Positions 28,578 through 37,762 of a DNA stretch of 64,000 nt are shown in pieces (position 1 is the stretch's first letter; the number at the start of each line of letters is the position of its first letter). A program made the translations under genes and the position numbers. Below the pieces are notes generated by a model. That model saw only the letters and a list, made by a program, of their open reading frames with translations, did no database searches and was not told the origin of the DNA. The stretch comes from Candidatus Anderseniibacteriota bacterium. GTDB taxonomy: Bacteria; Patescibacteriota; Andersenbacteria; UBA10190. The DNA is taken from contig JACPWO010000002.1 of the NCBI GenBank assembly GCA_016197005.1, forward strand, positions 146,178 to 210,177, written 5' to 3'.

Positions 28578-28895
28578 TCACGCCGTCGTGAAGGGCTCTT
28601 CGCATTGGAGCTGGGCTTGCAGTTCCCTTGCGATGGCATTGCAGACGGTGCGCACGGTTACTTGTTGAACCGTTTGTGGCGGTGCTCCTTCAAAGTGAGG
28701 GAGCAACTTCCGAAGCGTGCCAGGGAGCAAGTGAAACTCGCTCTCGAGGTAGAAACGCAGGTCGTCGATATCCATCCCTGCGTCGGCTCCGAGATCTCGC
28801 GTGAGTGTTACGTGCGGCGTAATCTGCTCGCGATTCACTTGCAGCCGATCCATCAAGACTTTGCACACTCGATCCCGGATTTCACGCCTTGTCAT
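28578..28895 (-). CDS. Acyl-carrier-protein-like ORFan lacking the phosphopantetheine serine
   Basis: IRDRVCKVLMDRL.V....IT....L..DLGADAGMD..DL..YLESEF, TVRTV; promoter TTGACA-17-TACATT at 28951-28979 (minus strand). Confidence 0.6.
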   Translation of the reverse strand: MTRREIRDRVCKVLMDRLQVNREQITPHVTLTRDLGADAGMDIDDLRFYLESEFHLLPGTLRKLLPHFEGAPPQTVQQVTVRTVCNAIARELQAQLQCEEPFTTA

Positions 28896-28979
28896 GACTG
28901 ATCTCCATCGAGACATGTGAACAATTGCGCTTCAATGTTGGCGCAATCGCAATGTACCACTCCCTGTGTATATTGTCAA

Positions 28980-29822
28980 CTAGCGAATTGGTGATTTGAG
29001 TACTTGGTCGTAAATCTCGGGTGTAGACACATCAAACCATTGTCCTTCAAAGGGATAGCCGTGAAGGGATTGTTGCTTTACGAGCTTTGGGAAAATATCT
29101 TCTTCAAGAGAAAGGCCTTTCGAAAATCGTTTGGGATATAGCTCAAAAATCCGTTGATCCAGCACGGCGCAACCAGCAAATACGAGCGGAGAAGTTTCCC
29201 CGGCCGTATCTGGTTTTTCTACGAAATCCACGATGCGAGTACCACGTAGTCGGACGGATCCATAAGGGCCAGGATCAGTAACGGAAGTTAGCGCAAGCGT
29301 AGCGGCTGCTGAACGGGCTGCCTCGTGTGTTTGCAAAAGTTCGGTTAGATCAATATTTATAAGAACGTCACCATACAACATAAGGAATGGAGAGGTGTTT
29401 AACTTCTCCTTTGCTCGCCATAGCGACACACCCGTTCCGGCGAGAGAATCTTCGCGGACATATTGAATACGTACTCCGAACTGTGAGCCATCGCCAAAAT
29501 GTTTCTCTATTTTTTCACTAAGATGGTGAGTTGTAATAATAATATCCTTGAATCCGTGTTCGCGTAGCAGTGCGATTGTATATTCCAGTAATGGTTTGCC
29601 ATGTACAGGGATGAGGGGCTTCGGAATCTCATACGTAAACGGACGCATTTTTACGCCTTCACCACTGGCTAAAATTACCGCCTGTGTATTACCGGATCCA
29701 ACTGCGCGGGCGAGCACATATTCCAAGGCATGCGACCGATTTCGGATACGGTTGCCGTCTACCATGTTATCTATGGAGCGCAGGAGGTCTTCTCGGATTG
29801 TCACGGTGATACGGCTTCTCAT
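28980..29822 (-). CDS. Sugar-phosphate nucleotidyltransferase with N-terminal ribbon-helix-helix domain
   Basis: RITVTI...L...ID......RNRSHALE then AVILASGEGVKMRPFT..IPKPL, YGDV, FVEKP. Confidence 0.85.
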   Translation of the reverse strand: MRSRITVTIREDLLRSIDNMVDGNRIRNRSHALEYVLARAVGSGNTQAVILASGEGVKMRPFTYEIPKPLIPVHGKPLLEYTIALLREHGFKDIIITTHHLSEKIEKHFGDGSQFGVRIQYVREDSLAGTGVSLWRAKEKLNTSPFLMLYGDVLINIDLTELLQTHEAARSAAATLALTSVTDPGPYGSVRLRGTRIVDFVEKPDTAGETSPLVFAGCAVLDQRIFELYPKRFSKGLSLEEDIFPKLVKQQSLHGYPFEGQWFDVSTPEIYDQVLKSPIR

Positions 29823-29857
29823 TTGACAATTGTTACATTAGTGTCGACAGTTGATCC

Positions 29858-30985
29858 ATGTTTTCCTTTGCGGTTACAAAACAGCTTCATGCTGCCCGGC
29901 TAAGCCGGCTATCAACTCCTCATGGTGTCATAGAAGGACCCTTTTTTCAATTTGTTGCCACTCGTGCCGCCATTCGCGGCATGGTCTTCCAAGAAGATTT
30001 AGAAAAAATGAAGGTACAAATTGTTTTGGCCAATACCTATCATCTTCATCTGCAGCCCGGCGAAGATATTGTGGCTAAGGCCGGAGGTTTGCACGGATTT
30101 ATGCAGTGGTCTGGACCGATTACCACCGACTCTGGTGGATACCAAGTATTTTCTCTAGGAAATAACGTCAAGCTGGATAGTGAAGGCGTTACCTTTCGGT
30201 CACATATTGATGGCACACTGCTGCGACTGACGCCCGAGTCGGCTATGGACATTCAACATAAGCTGGGAGCGGACATTGTGATGCCACTTGATGTGTGTAC
30301 GCCCTTCGGAGCAACTCGAGAGGAAGTCGCGGCAGCGGTGGAGCAAACATATGTCTGGGCGCAGCGATGCGCAGAAGCGATGCAACGTTTTCCCGCTAAC
30401 ACACAAGCACTTTACGGCATTGTACAGGGTGGGGTGTATCCGGATTTACGCCAACAAGCAGCCGAACGGATGCGAGAACTCAATTTCTTTGGATACTCGA
30501 TTGGCGGCGAACTTCAAGAAGCCGGAGAGAAAGAATTAGAAAAAGTAGTAAAGGCAACTATACAGCATCTGCCAGCTGATAAACCTCGGTACCTCATGGG
30601 GTACGGCACGCCAGAAGATATTGTTGAAGCAGTGCGAGCGGGCGTTGATCAGTTTGATTGTGTACTGCCAATTCGTAACGCCCGGCATGGCCAGATAATG
30701 ACAGATTTAAACAAGGAGTATGTAGCGGAATGCTTACAGGATCCTGACAAACCAATTGATCCTAAAAAGTTATATACCAAATTTGATATTACGAAGGCGC
30801 CATATCGAAGTGACTATTCACTTTTCTCACCAAACCATCCGATTATTCAAAAGTCTTACACCAAAGCCTACGTGCATCACTTACTTCGAGCGGAAGGACC
30901 GTCTGGATTGCGGTTAGCAGTACTTCATAATATCCATTTCTATGAACAACTCATGCGTGAGATTCGAGATGTTATTCGAGGATAG
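29858..30985 (+). CDS. tgt: tRNA-guanine transglycosylase
   Basis: LANTYHL, TDSGGYQVFSL, GIVQGG, KPRYLMG, DQFDCVLP. Confidence 0.93.
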   Translation: MFSFAVTKQLHAARLSRLSTPHGVIEGPFFQFVATRAAIRGMVFQEDLEKMKVQIVLANTYHLHLQPGEDIVAKAGGLHGFMQWSGPITTDSGGYQVFSLGNNVKLDSEGVTFRSHIDGTLLRLTPESAMDIQHKLGADIVMPLDVCTPFGATREEVAAAVEQTYVWAQRCAEAMQRFPANTQALYGIVQGGVYPDLRQQAAERMRELNFFGYSIGGELQEAGEKELEKVVKATIQHLPADKPRYLMGYGTPEDIVEAVRAGVDQFDCVLPIRNARHGQIMTDLNKEYVAECLQDPDKPIDPKKLYTKFDITKAPYRSDYSLFSPNHPIIQKSYTKAYVHHLLRAEGPSGLRLAVLHNIHFYEQLMREIRDVIRG

Positions 30986-31003
30986 GGGCGCTATACTATA
31001 TGA

Positions 31004-31540
31004 ATGGACCCACGAGATTCAGGAAGATTTGGTATTCGCCCACCGTCAGCACCGGGCAGATCAGGTGATTCTTCCCAATCAGATCGTTTTGCTGGTGCAT
31101 CAATGGGGCGCGCTCCTAATCCGGAGTCATCTATCTTACGCAAGGAAAATCCTCTTAAATCCGCACTATTAGGAGACGAAAAGCGGAAAGATTTTCGTGA
31201 AGAAGTATGGAAGCCAGAAAGAAAAAAATTACTAAGAGACGCTCGCAAAACTCGTTTGGCATACAAAGAACAAGAGCGATCAATCGAGCGTTACTTCAAT
31301 CGTGGCAAAAAAACGAAGGAGTTTGAACGAACTCTGCGTAAGTTGGGTATGACTGAAGAGAGTCCTCAGTTTGCTCAAAAAAAGATCATCAAAGATCTCA
31401 AAAAGCAAGAGCGAGAGGCGATAAGAAAAATGCGTGATCAGCGAGATGAGCGAAAAGATCAGCTTTGGGAAAACTACTCACAATCAGCAGAGCAAGATGA
31501 TGCACGTAAAAGTGGACTGAGTCGCCTTCTTTCTCTATAG
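31004..31540 (+). CDS. Basic, charged hypothetical protein
   Basis: 178-aa ORF; TATACT 6 nt before ATG. Confidence 0.6.
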   Translation: MDPRDSGRFGIRPPSAPGRSGDSSQSDRFAGASMGRAPNPESSILRKENPLKSALLGDEKRKDFREEVWKPERKKLLRDARKTRLAYKEQERSIERYFNRGKKTKEFERTLRKLGMTEESPQFAQKKIIKDLKKQEREAIRKMRDQRDERKDQLWENYSQSAEQDDARKSGLSRLLSL

Positions 31541-31552
31541 TACTTAGTTACT

Positions 31553-32875
31553 ATGTCAGAAATGCCAACCATGGATACAATCGTAAATCTGGCCAAACGC
31601 CGTGGTTTTATCTTCCCTGGCTCCGAGATTTATGGTGGGCTAGCGAACAGTTGGGATTACGGACCCCTGGGAGTTGAACTGAAGAACAATATTAAGCGTT
31701 TGTGGTGGAAACATTTTGTCCATGCGCGTTTAGATATGGTTGGAATTGATGCCGCCTTGATGATGAACCCCAGAGTATGGGAGGCAAGCGGACACGTAGA
31801 AACTTTTCACGATCCTCTCGTTGAATGTAAAAGTTGTCACGCTCGTTTTCGTGCTGACCATGTGGATACAGCAAAGCCCTGCCAGAACTGTGGCAAAAAA
31901 GGCACCTTCACTGATCCCGCCAATTTTAATTTAATGTTTAAGACTCACCTCGGCCCAAAACAAGAAGACGCCACTACGGTATACCTACGTCCAGAAACGG
32001 CTCAAGCTATGTTTGTAGATTTTCTAAATGTAGCTCAAACCAGCCGTCGTCGTATTCCATTTGGTATTGCCCAAGTAGGGAAGGCGTTTCGCAATGAAAT
32101 TGCTCCAGGTAACTTTATTTTCCGCACCCGTGAGTTCGAGCAGATGGAAATTGAATATTTCATTCCGCCAAAAGGTTGGGAAGAGCACTTTGAAACTTGG
32201 CTGAAAGCGATGCATAACTGGATTAAACTATGCGGTATTAAAACTGAATTAATCCATGAGTTTGAGGTACCGAAAGATGAATTGGCCCATTATTCCAAAC
32301 GAACGGTAGATATTCAGTTTGATTTTCCTTTTGGTCAGGAGGAGTTATATGGTTTGGCGTATCGCACTGACTTTGATTTAAAACGTCATGCTGAGTTCTC
32401 AGGAAAAGATATGACCTATACCGATCCGATATCTAATGAAAAGTATATTCCTCATGTGGTTGAACCTACTTTTGGAGTGGATCGTACACTGCTGGCACTG
32501 CTGGTATCAGCTTATACCGAAGAAGACGCGCCCACGGCCAGTGGGGATAGCGAAAAGCGCATTGTGATGAAGTTTCCGCCATATCTAGCACCGTATCAGG
32601 TGGCAGTACTACCTTTATCCAAGAAACCAGAGTTAGAAGAAGTTGCTCGAAAGTTGGCGTTAGACTTAGCCCAAAAGTGGAGCGTGGACTATGACGTTAC
32701 GCAATCAATTGGCCGTCGCTATCGTCGGCAAGATGAAATTGGAACCCCATGGTGCGTCACGGTGGACTTTGATTCCTTAAACGACAATCAAGCTACTATT
32801 CGTGATCGTGACACGATGAAGCAAGAACGTATCGCTATTCAAGATATCCCTCAATACATCCAAGAAAAATTATGA
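31553..32875 (+). CDS. glyQS: Glycine--tRNA ligase (dimeric alpha2 type)
   Basis: KRRGF..GSEIYGG, YLRPETAQ, FRTREFEQMEIE, IGRRYRRQDEIGTP. Confidence 0.96.
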   Translation: MSEMPTMDTIVNLAKRRGFIFPGSEIYGGLANSWDYGPLGVELKNNIKRLWWKHFVHARLDMVGIDAALMMNPRVWEASGHVETFHDPLVECKSCHARFRADHVDTAKPCQNCGKKGTFTDPANFNLMFKTHLGPKQEDATTVYLRPETAQAMFVDFLNVAQTSRRRIPFGIAQVGKAFRNEIAPGNFIFRTREFEQMEIEYFIPPKGWEEHFETWLKAMHNWIKLCGIKTELIHEFEVPKDELAHYSKRTVDIQFDFPFGQEELYGLAYRTDFDLKRHAEFSGKDMTYTDPISNEKYIPHVVEPTFGVDRTLLALLVSAYTEEDAPTASGDSEKRIVMKFPPYLAPYQVAVLPLSKKPELEEVARKLALDLAQKWSVDYDVTQSIGRRYRRQDEIGTPWCVTVDFDSLNDNQATIRDRDTMKQERIAIQDIPQYIQEKL

Positions 32876-34143
32876 GTTTTCCTCTCATTCGTAAAACGCT
32901 TCCGTCAGGATTGCGACTACTTCTGCTTCCACGAGAAGAAATGCAATCAGTTACTGTTCTCACACTTGTTGGCGTGGGAAGTCGGTATGAAAGTCCACGG
33001 CAGAACGGCCTCTCACATTTCTTGGAACATATGTTTTTTAAGGGGACTGAGAACCGTCCAACAACGAAGGAGATTGCGGAAGCAATCGATAACGTCGGTG
33101 GAGAGTTTAATGCGTTTACTGGCGAAGAATACACGGGCTACTACGTGAAAGTAGCCGCCCGACACTTATCTGTCGCTGCTGATGTCGTGTCAGATATTTT
33201 GCTACGTCCTCTTTTCCCAGCGGAAGAAATCGAGCGCGAGCGCGGGGTCATCATCGAAGAAATTCGTATGTACACGGATAACCCAATGCGACATGTCCAG
33301 CATGTGTGGATGGAAGCACTCTATGGAAGTCATCCCCTCGGCCGTCGTATTGATGGTACAGAAGAAACCGTAAGTGCTCTGAAGCGAGCAGACTTTCTCG
33401 CGTATACCAAAAAACACTACCATACGAAAAATGCTGTTGTTGTTGTCGCCGGGAATTTTGATGCCAATAAAACAACGAAAATGCTGGAAACACTTTTTAA
33501 GTCCTTACCGCTTGGTGCGCAAGCGAAGCCAAAACCATGGACAAAACGCACCGCTGTTCATCGGTTCAAACATAGCTACCGTAAAACCTTAGATCAGGCA
33601 CATATTATTCTCGGTGTTCCGGGTGTACCACGAGGAGATGAGCGAGAGTACGCCGCAGCGCTGCTGGCAACCGTATTGGGTGGCGGTATGAGTTCTCGTC
33701 TGTTCCTCCAGATCCGTGAACGGCATGGTTTGGCATACATGGTGCGAACGTCTTCCGACGGATACTTGGGTACCGGTAGTTTTGCCACTCAAGCGGGAGT
33801 GCGCTTGGAGAAAACCCACGATGCGATGAGAATGATTCAAGAAGAATATGATCGGATTATGGTGGAAGAAGTACCGCTGGCAGAACTGAACAAGGCAAAA
33901 GAGATTGTGCGGGGTCAAATGGTGCTTCAACTGGAAGAAACGAATGCACTCGCGATGTTTTCTAGCGAACAGGAATTACTGGAAGGTAAGATCCTGACCC
34001 CAGGCGAGATTAACAAAAAGATTGATGCGGTTACTCCGCAGGAAGTTCAGGCACTCGCTCAGCAAATTTTGGGCAGGAAACAGCGCGCAGTGGCACTTTT
34101 AAGTCCTCATCGCTCAACAACGAAATTTGAGAAGCTTCTGTAG
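32872..34143 (+). CDS. M16-family zinc peptidase
   Basis: HFLEHMFFKGT (HxxEH), NAFT, LGGGMSSRLF. Confidence 0.93.
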   Translation: MSFPLIRKTLPSGLRLLLLPREEMQSVTVLTLVGVGSRYESPRQNGLSHFLEHMFFKGTENRPTTKEIAEAIDNVGGEFNAFTGEEYTGYYVKVAARHLSVAADVVSDILLRPLFPAEEIERERGVIIEEIRMYTDNPMRHVQHVWMEALYGSHPLGRRIDGTEETVSALKRADFLAYTKKHYHTKNAVVVVAGNFDANKTTKMLETLFKSLPLGAQAKPKPWTKRTAVHRFKHSYRKTLDQAHIILGVPGVPRGDEREYAAALLATVLGGGMSSRLFLQIRERHGLAYMVRTSSDGYLGTGSFATQAGVRLEKTHDAMRMIQEEYDRIMVEEVPLAELNKAKEIVRGQMVLQLEETNALAMFSSEQELLEGKILTPGEINKKIDAVTPQEVQALAQQILGRKQRAVALLSPHRSTTKFEKLL

Positions 34144-34175
34144 CGAGATTCTAAAAACAGGATTACGATTCATGT

Positions 34176-35216
34176 ATGATTGAGAAGCAAAAAATAGAGA
34201 TCGGATCAAATACGGTATTTCGTGTTATTTTGATTCTCCTCGGCCTTTGGTTCCTCTTTATCATCCAGGACATTCTTATGATGCTCATTGGAGCATTTGT
34301 GATAGCTGCAGCGATAGAACCAGTTGCCAGATATCTTCAGCGTTACAAGGTGCCGCGAGCATTATCGGTCGTTATTGTCTACTTCCTTGTCCTTTTAGTG
34401 CTGGGAGCCTCCTTAGTTCTTATCGCTCCAGCCCTTGCGCAGCAAACCGCACAGCTGGCTCAATCACTTCCGGATTTACTAGTCGATCTACAATCTCGCC
34501 TTGGTTTGCAAGCGTTCTTCGATGTCGATCAGGTACTGCCGAGTATCCAGAATGGTTTGCGTCAGGTTTCGGATAACCTAGCTAATATTGGCGTCAATAT
34601 ATTTCAACAGACGCGCAATGTTTTCTCTGGTATCTTCTCCTTCTTGTTTGTTCTTATTATTGCTTTCTACTTAGTTATAGAAGAAGACGGATTAAAAAAG
34701 TCTTTCCGTATTATTATTCCGGCTAACCACATGGCATATGTGGAAACAATCCTCGATCGCATTACATACAAGCTTGGCAGGTGGGTGTTGGCTCAGTTAG
34801 CTCTTGGGGTCATTATTGGTGTCGTAGTTGGTGTTGGTTTGTGGTTAATGGGGGTACCACATGCACTCCCTCTTGGTTTAATTGCCGGTGTACTGGAAAT
34901 TATTCCAGTTATCGGCCCTATTATCGCCGGTGTCTTCGGAATTTTTGTTGCACTATCTCAATCTCTCCTTTTGGGAGTTGGCGCGGTCGTTTTCTATGTG
35001 GTAGTACAGCAACTTGAGAATCACGTCTTAATCCCAAGTATTATGCGTAAAGCAACTGGCCTTAATCCCTTAGTTACATTGATTGCCGTCTTAGTTGGAG
35101 CTCGGTTGGCGGGAGTTGTTGGCGTGATACTCTCGGTACCAGTGGCTACCATGCTGAGTATTTTCCTATCAGACTTCTTGAGAAATTCGAGCGTTGAGGA
35201 CGAATTAGCGGGATAA
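34176..35216 (+). CDS. AI-2E family transporter
   Basis: Multi-TM, IPVIGP, QQLENHVLIP.IM. Confidence 0.9.
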   Translation: MIEKQKIEIGSNTVFRVILILLGLWFLFIIQDILMMLIGAFVIAAAIEPVARYLQRYKVPRALSVVIVYFLVLLVLGASLVLIAPALAQQTAQLAQSLPDLLVDLQSRLGLQAFFDVDQVLPSIQNGLRQVSDNLANIGVNIFQQTRNVFSGIFSFLFVLIIAFYLVIEEDGLKKSFRIIIPANHMAYVETILDRITYKLGRWVLAQLALGVIIGVVVGVGLWLMGVPHALPLGLIAGVLEIIPVIGPIIAGVFGIFVALSQSLLLGVGAVVFYVVVQQLENHVLIPSIMRKATGLNPLVTLIAVLVGARLAGVVGVILSVPVATMLSIFLSDFLRNSSVEDELAG

Positions 35217-35260
35217 AAAAATCGCCGGACAGATTTTGTCTGTACGGCGGTAGTGAGCAG

Positions 35261-35695
35261 TTACGCAATGGCAACCTTGTTTTTTGTGATCCGAATCCCA
35301 TTGAAAATCTTTAGCCCGAGAGCCGCTACTTCCTGTTCTTTGTCAGGTGGTGCGAGGGCATGGGCAGCTGGATGAGTTCCGACAACTTCGCGCGATTCGT
35401 CGCATTGGTAGTTAAGCAAAAGAACACGAATTTTGCTTAACTGCTCTTCTGTAAGTTGGCGAAAGGCTTGTGGTGACATGATAGTGGCAGATCTGCCGCT
35501 ATCCTCAATGAAATGTTTGAGATCAAGCGCATGCTGGATGAATTCTTCATCAGCGCGGGCCTTTTTCTCGTCTTGTACGTGCCTTTCGTCGAGGTCACTT
35601 CCTTCTTCATCGTGCACTTGCTGGGCCGGCTCTTTACCAACCTGTGCGCAATTCACCAACTTCTCGAGGTCTGCAACCAAAAGAACGAGTTCCAT
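35261..35695 (-). CDS. ORFan (144 aa)
   Basis: ORF from MELVLL; hairpin at ~35222-35250 beyond the stop. Confidence 0.55.
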   Translation of the reverse strand: MELVLLVADLEKLVNCAQVGKEPAQQVHDEEGSDLDERHVQDEKKARADEEFIQHALDLKHFIEDSGRSATIMSPQAFRQLTEEQLSKIRVLLLNYQCDESREVVGTHPAAHALAPPDKEQEVAALGLKIFNGIRITKNKVAIA

Positions 35696-35760
35696 AGTCT
35701 CTCTTATCCTCAAGAGGCCAAGATACAACCTGCTCCTTTGCAGGCATGGCAGCTAGATTA

Positions 35761-36213
35761 CTAAAGAATACGAAGAAAAACAAGAGCGGAAAAAACGAAT
35801 ATTCCTTGCCAGATGAGGCCTTTTGCAACTTTAACAGTTTCGAGTTGTAGAGAGTCGTGAAAGCGAAAAATGGGCTTACTCCAGGCCAGCAGGGAAGAAT
35901 TTTGCCATTTTGGTCCCAAAAGCTCCCATGACATGTGGAAAACATCAGGTAAGTTGCCGCCGATAATGGCAATTAGAATTGGGGTCGTGAGAAATGCTTT
36001 TCCCATGATTAAGTAAGCCAATCCTAATCCGGTGAGTACGTCTAGCGCGGCAAATGGGATAAAAAGTTTTCCCCAGCTCTTTGGGTAAAAATTCCAGTGA
36101 AGAAGGGTGTCGAGAAAGAGGTGGAAAACGAATGTTGATAGGAATATAAGCAGGGGATTTTCTACATAGACCCCGAAAGGAAGACTAATTAATGTATGAG
36201 CTAGAGATAGCAT
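35761..36213 (-). CDS. Membrane protein, metal-dependent hydrolase-like
   Basis: AH, FHLFLD..LH, PD and FH motifs in TM context; TATCTT 7 nt before ATG. Confidence 0.65.
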   Translation of the reverse strand: MLSLAHTLISLPFGVYVENPLLIFLSTFVFHLFLDTLLHWNFYPKSWGKLFIPFAALDVLTGLGLAYLIMGKAFLTTPILIAIIGGNLPDVFHMSWELLGPKWQNSSLLAWSKPIFRFHDSLQLETVKVAKGLIWQGIFVFSALVFLRIL

Positions 36214-36258
36214 GATCTGGAAGATAGGGAAGAATAAAGATACTCTACATTCTAACGT

Positions 36259-37038
36259 ATGTTTGACTCTCATGCTCATATAGCGGTTTCCCAATTCGAT
36301 AAGGATCGAGAAGTGGTTATTGAGCGGGCACGTAACGCTGGCCTTTTTGGTTGGCTCGAAGTAGGAACTGACATTGAGCAAAGTCACAAAGCAATTGCTC
36401 TTGCGGAAACGCAAGACGGTGCATACGCAACTGTCGGTGTCCATCCTAGTGATATTGGATCCCTTACGGAAAGCGGCTGGAAGAAAATAGACGAGCTGCT
36501 GTCAAATTCAAAAGTAAAAGCAGTCGGTGAAATTGGGTTGGATTTTTATCGTGGTGGAAATCTTAGTGAGCAGACGGAAGTTCTTCTGCGCTTCCTTGAA
36601 CTAGCACAAAAACATTCTTTGCCCATTGTATTTCACGTACGCAATGGCGAAATGACAGATGCGCACGAAGAATTATTAAAAATACTTAATAATCTTTCGA
36701 CTGACAGAAAACCTAGTGGAGTGATTCATACGTTTAGTGGCAACTTACTTCAGGCGCAGAAATATTTAGAATTGGGATTATATCTTTCATTTTCTGGTGT
36801 AGTGACCTTTAAAAATGCCGGCGCAATTGTTGAGGCTGCAATTAATACTCCGCTTGATCGTATTCTCATTGAAACTGACTGCCCGTTTCTGGCACCGGTG
36901 CCATATCGTGGTAAACGTAATGAGCCAGCGTATGTACAGTACGTAGCAGCGAAAATTGCCGAATTACACCATATTCCTGTGGAAAAAGTGATTGAACACA
37001 CAGATGTCAATGCTCACAAGCTTTTTAATATTCCCTAA
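36259..37038 (+). CDS. tatD: TatD family hydrolase
   Basis: FDSHAH, VGVHP, VGEIGLD, IETDCPFLAP. Confidence 0.94.
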   Translation: MFDSHAHIAVSQFDKDREVVIERARNAGLFGWLEVGTDIEQSHKAIALAETQDGAYATVGVHPSDIGSLTESGWKKIDELLSNSKVKAVGEIGLDFYRGGNLSEQTEVLLRFLELAQKHSLPIVFHVRNGEMTDAHEELLKILNNLSTDRKPSGVIHTFSGNLLQAQKYLELGLYLSFSGVVTFKNAGAIVEAAINTPLDRILIETDCPFLAPVPYRGKRNEPAYVQYVAAKIAELHHIPVEKVIEHTDVNAHKLFNIP

Positions 37039-37211
37039 ATATTCTCTATATAGGGGCGAAGAGGTTTTAATGACCATTATGTTTGTGCAGATTATTTGAC
37101 GACCTGCCAAGAAAGGAGTATCCCGAAAGAAAGGATGTTCCTTGCAATATAAGTAGAAAGCACCTCGTCCAGTTGGACGGATCTATACACTGACTCTGAA
37201 AGGAGTAAGTC

Positions 37212-37682
37212 ATGTTAATAGTAATGCTTGAGGACTATTCCCCGCTGATAATACAGCGACGGGCTGAACTTGAGGCAGCGGGACACCGGGTTGTCGTCGC
37301 GACTACAATCACCAAAGGGTATGAAGTTTATGGTTGTTATTGCGGAGAGCCGGGAATCATTACGTTTGACTTTTCTATGCCAAGACAAGCGGGCGAAATA
37401 AAGCTTGGCAACACTCTGTCTTTGATTCAACGGGCTTTCCTTGAGTTTAGTACCGGGCAAAGCCGTCTGTACCCAGTGGCAGCAAGTTCACTGGCTGAAG
37501 CTCGTCTTCAGCAAAAGAAAGCAGGCTGCCTCCTGGTAATTTCAGATGTCAGATCTTATGGAAGTGAGGTCATTGCCTGCGCTGAGCGCTTGCCACTCAT
37601 TTCCACACGGATGCACCAGCTACAAATGCTTGCAGAAGGAGTGCCTAATCTGATCTGCTCTCAGCCAACAATTCATTGTTGA
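37212..37682 (+). CDS. Degenerate response-regulator receiver-like ORFan
   Basis: IVMLED, ITFDFSMP, AASS; SD AAGGAG. Confidence 0.55.
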   Translation: MLIVMLEDYSPLIIQRRAELEAAGHRVVVATTITKGYEVYGCYCGEPGIITFDFSMPRQAGEIKLGNTLSLIQRAFLEFSTGQSRLYPVAASSLAEARLQQKKAGCLLVISDVRSYGSEVIACAERLPLISTRMHQLQMLAEGVPNLICSQPTIHC

Positions 37683-37762
37683 TTATATACCGCGTTTTCT
37701 TACTTGAGATCTCGCGGTTTTTTATACTTGCCACCTTCTCCTCAATGCTCGATTCTACATAT

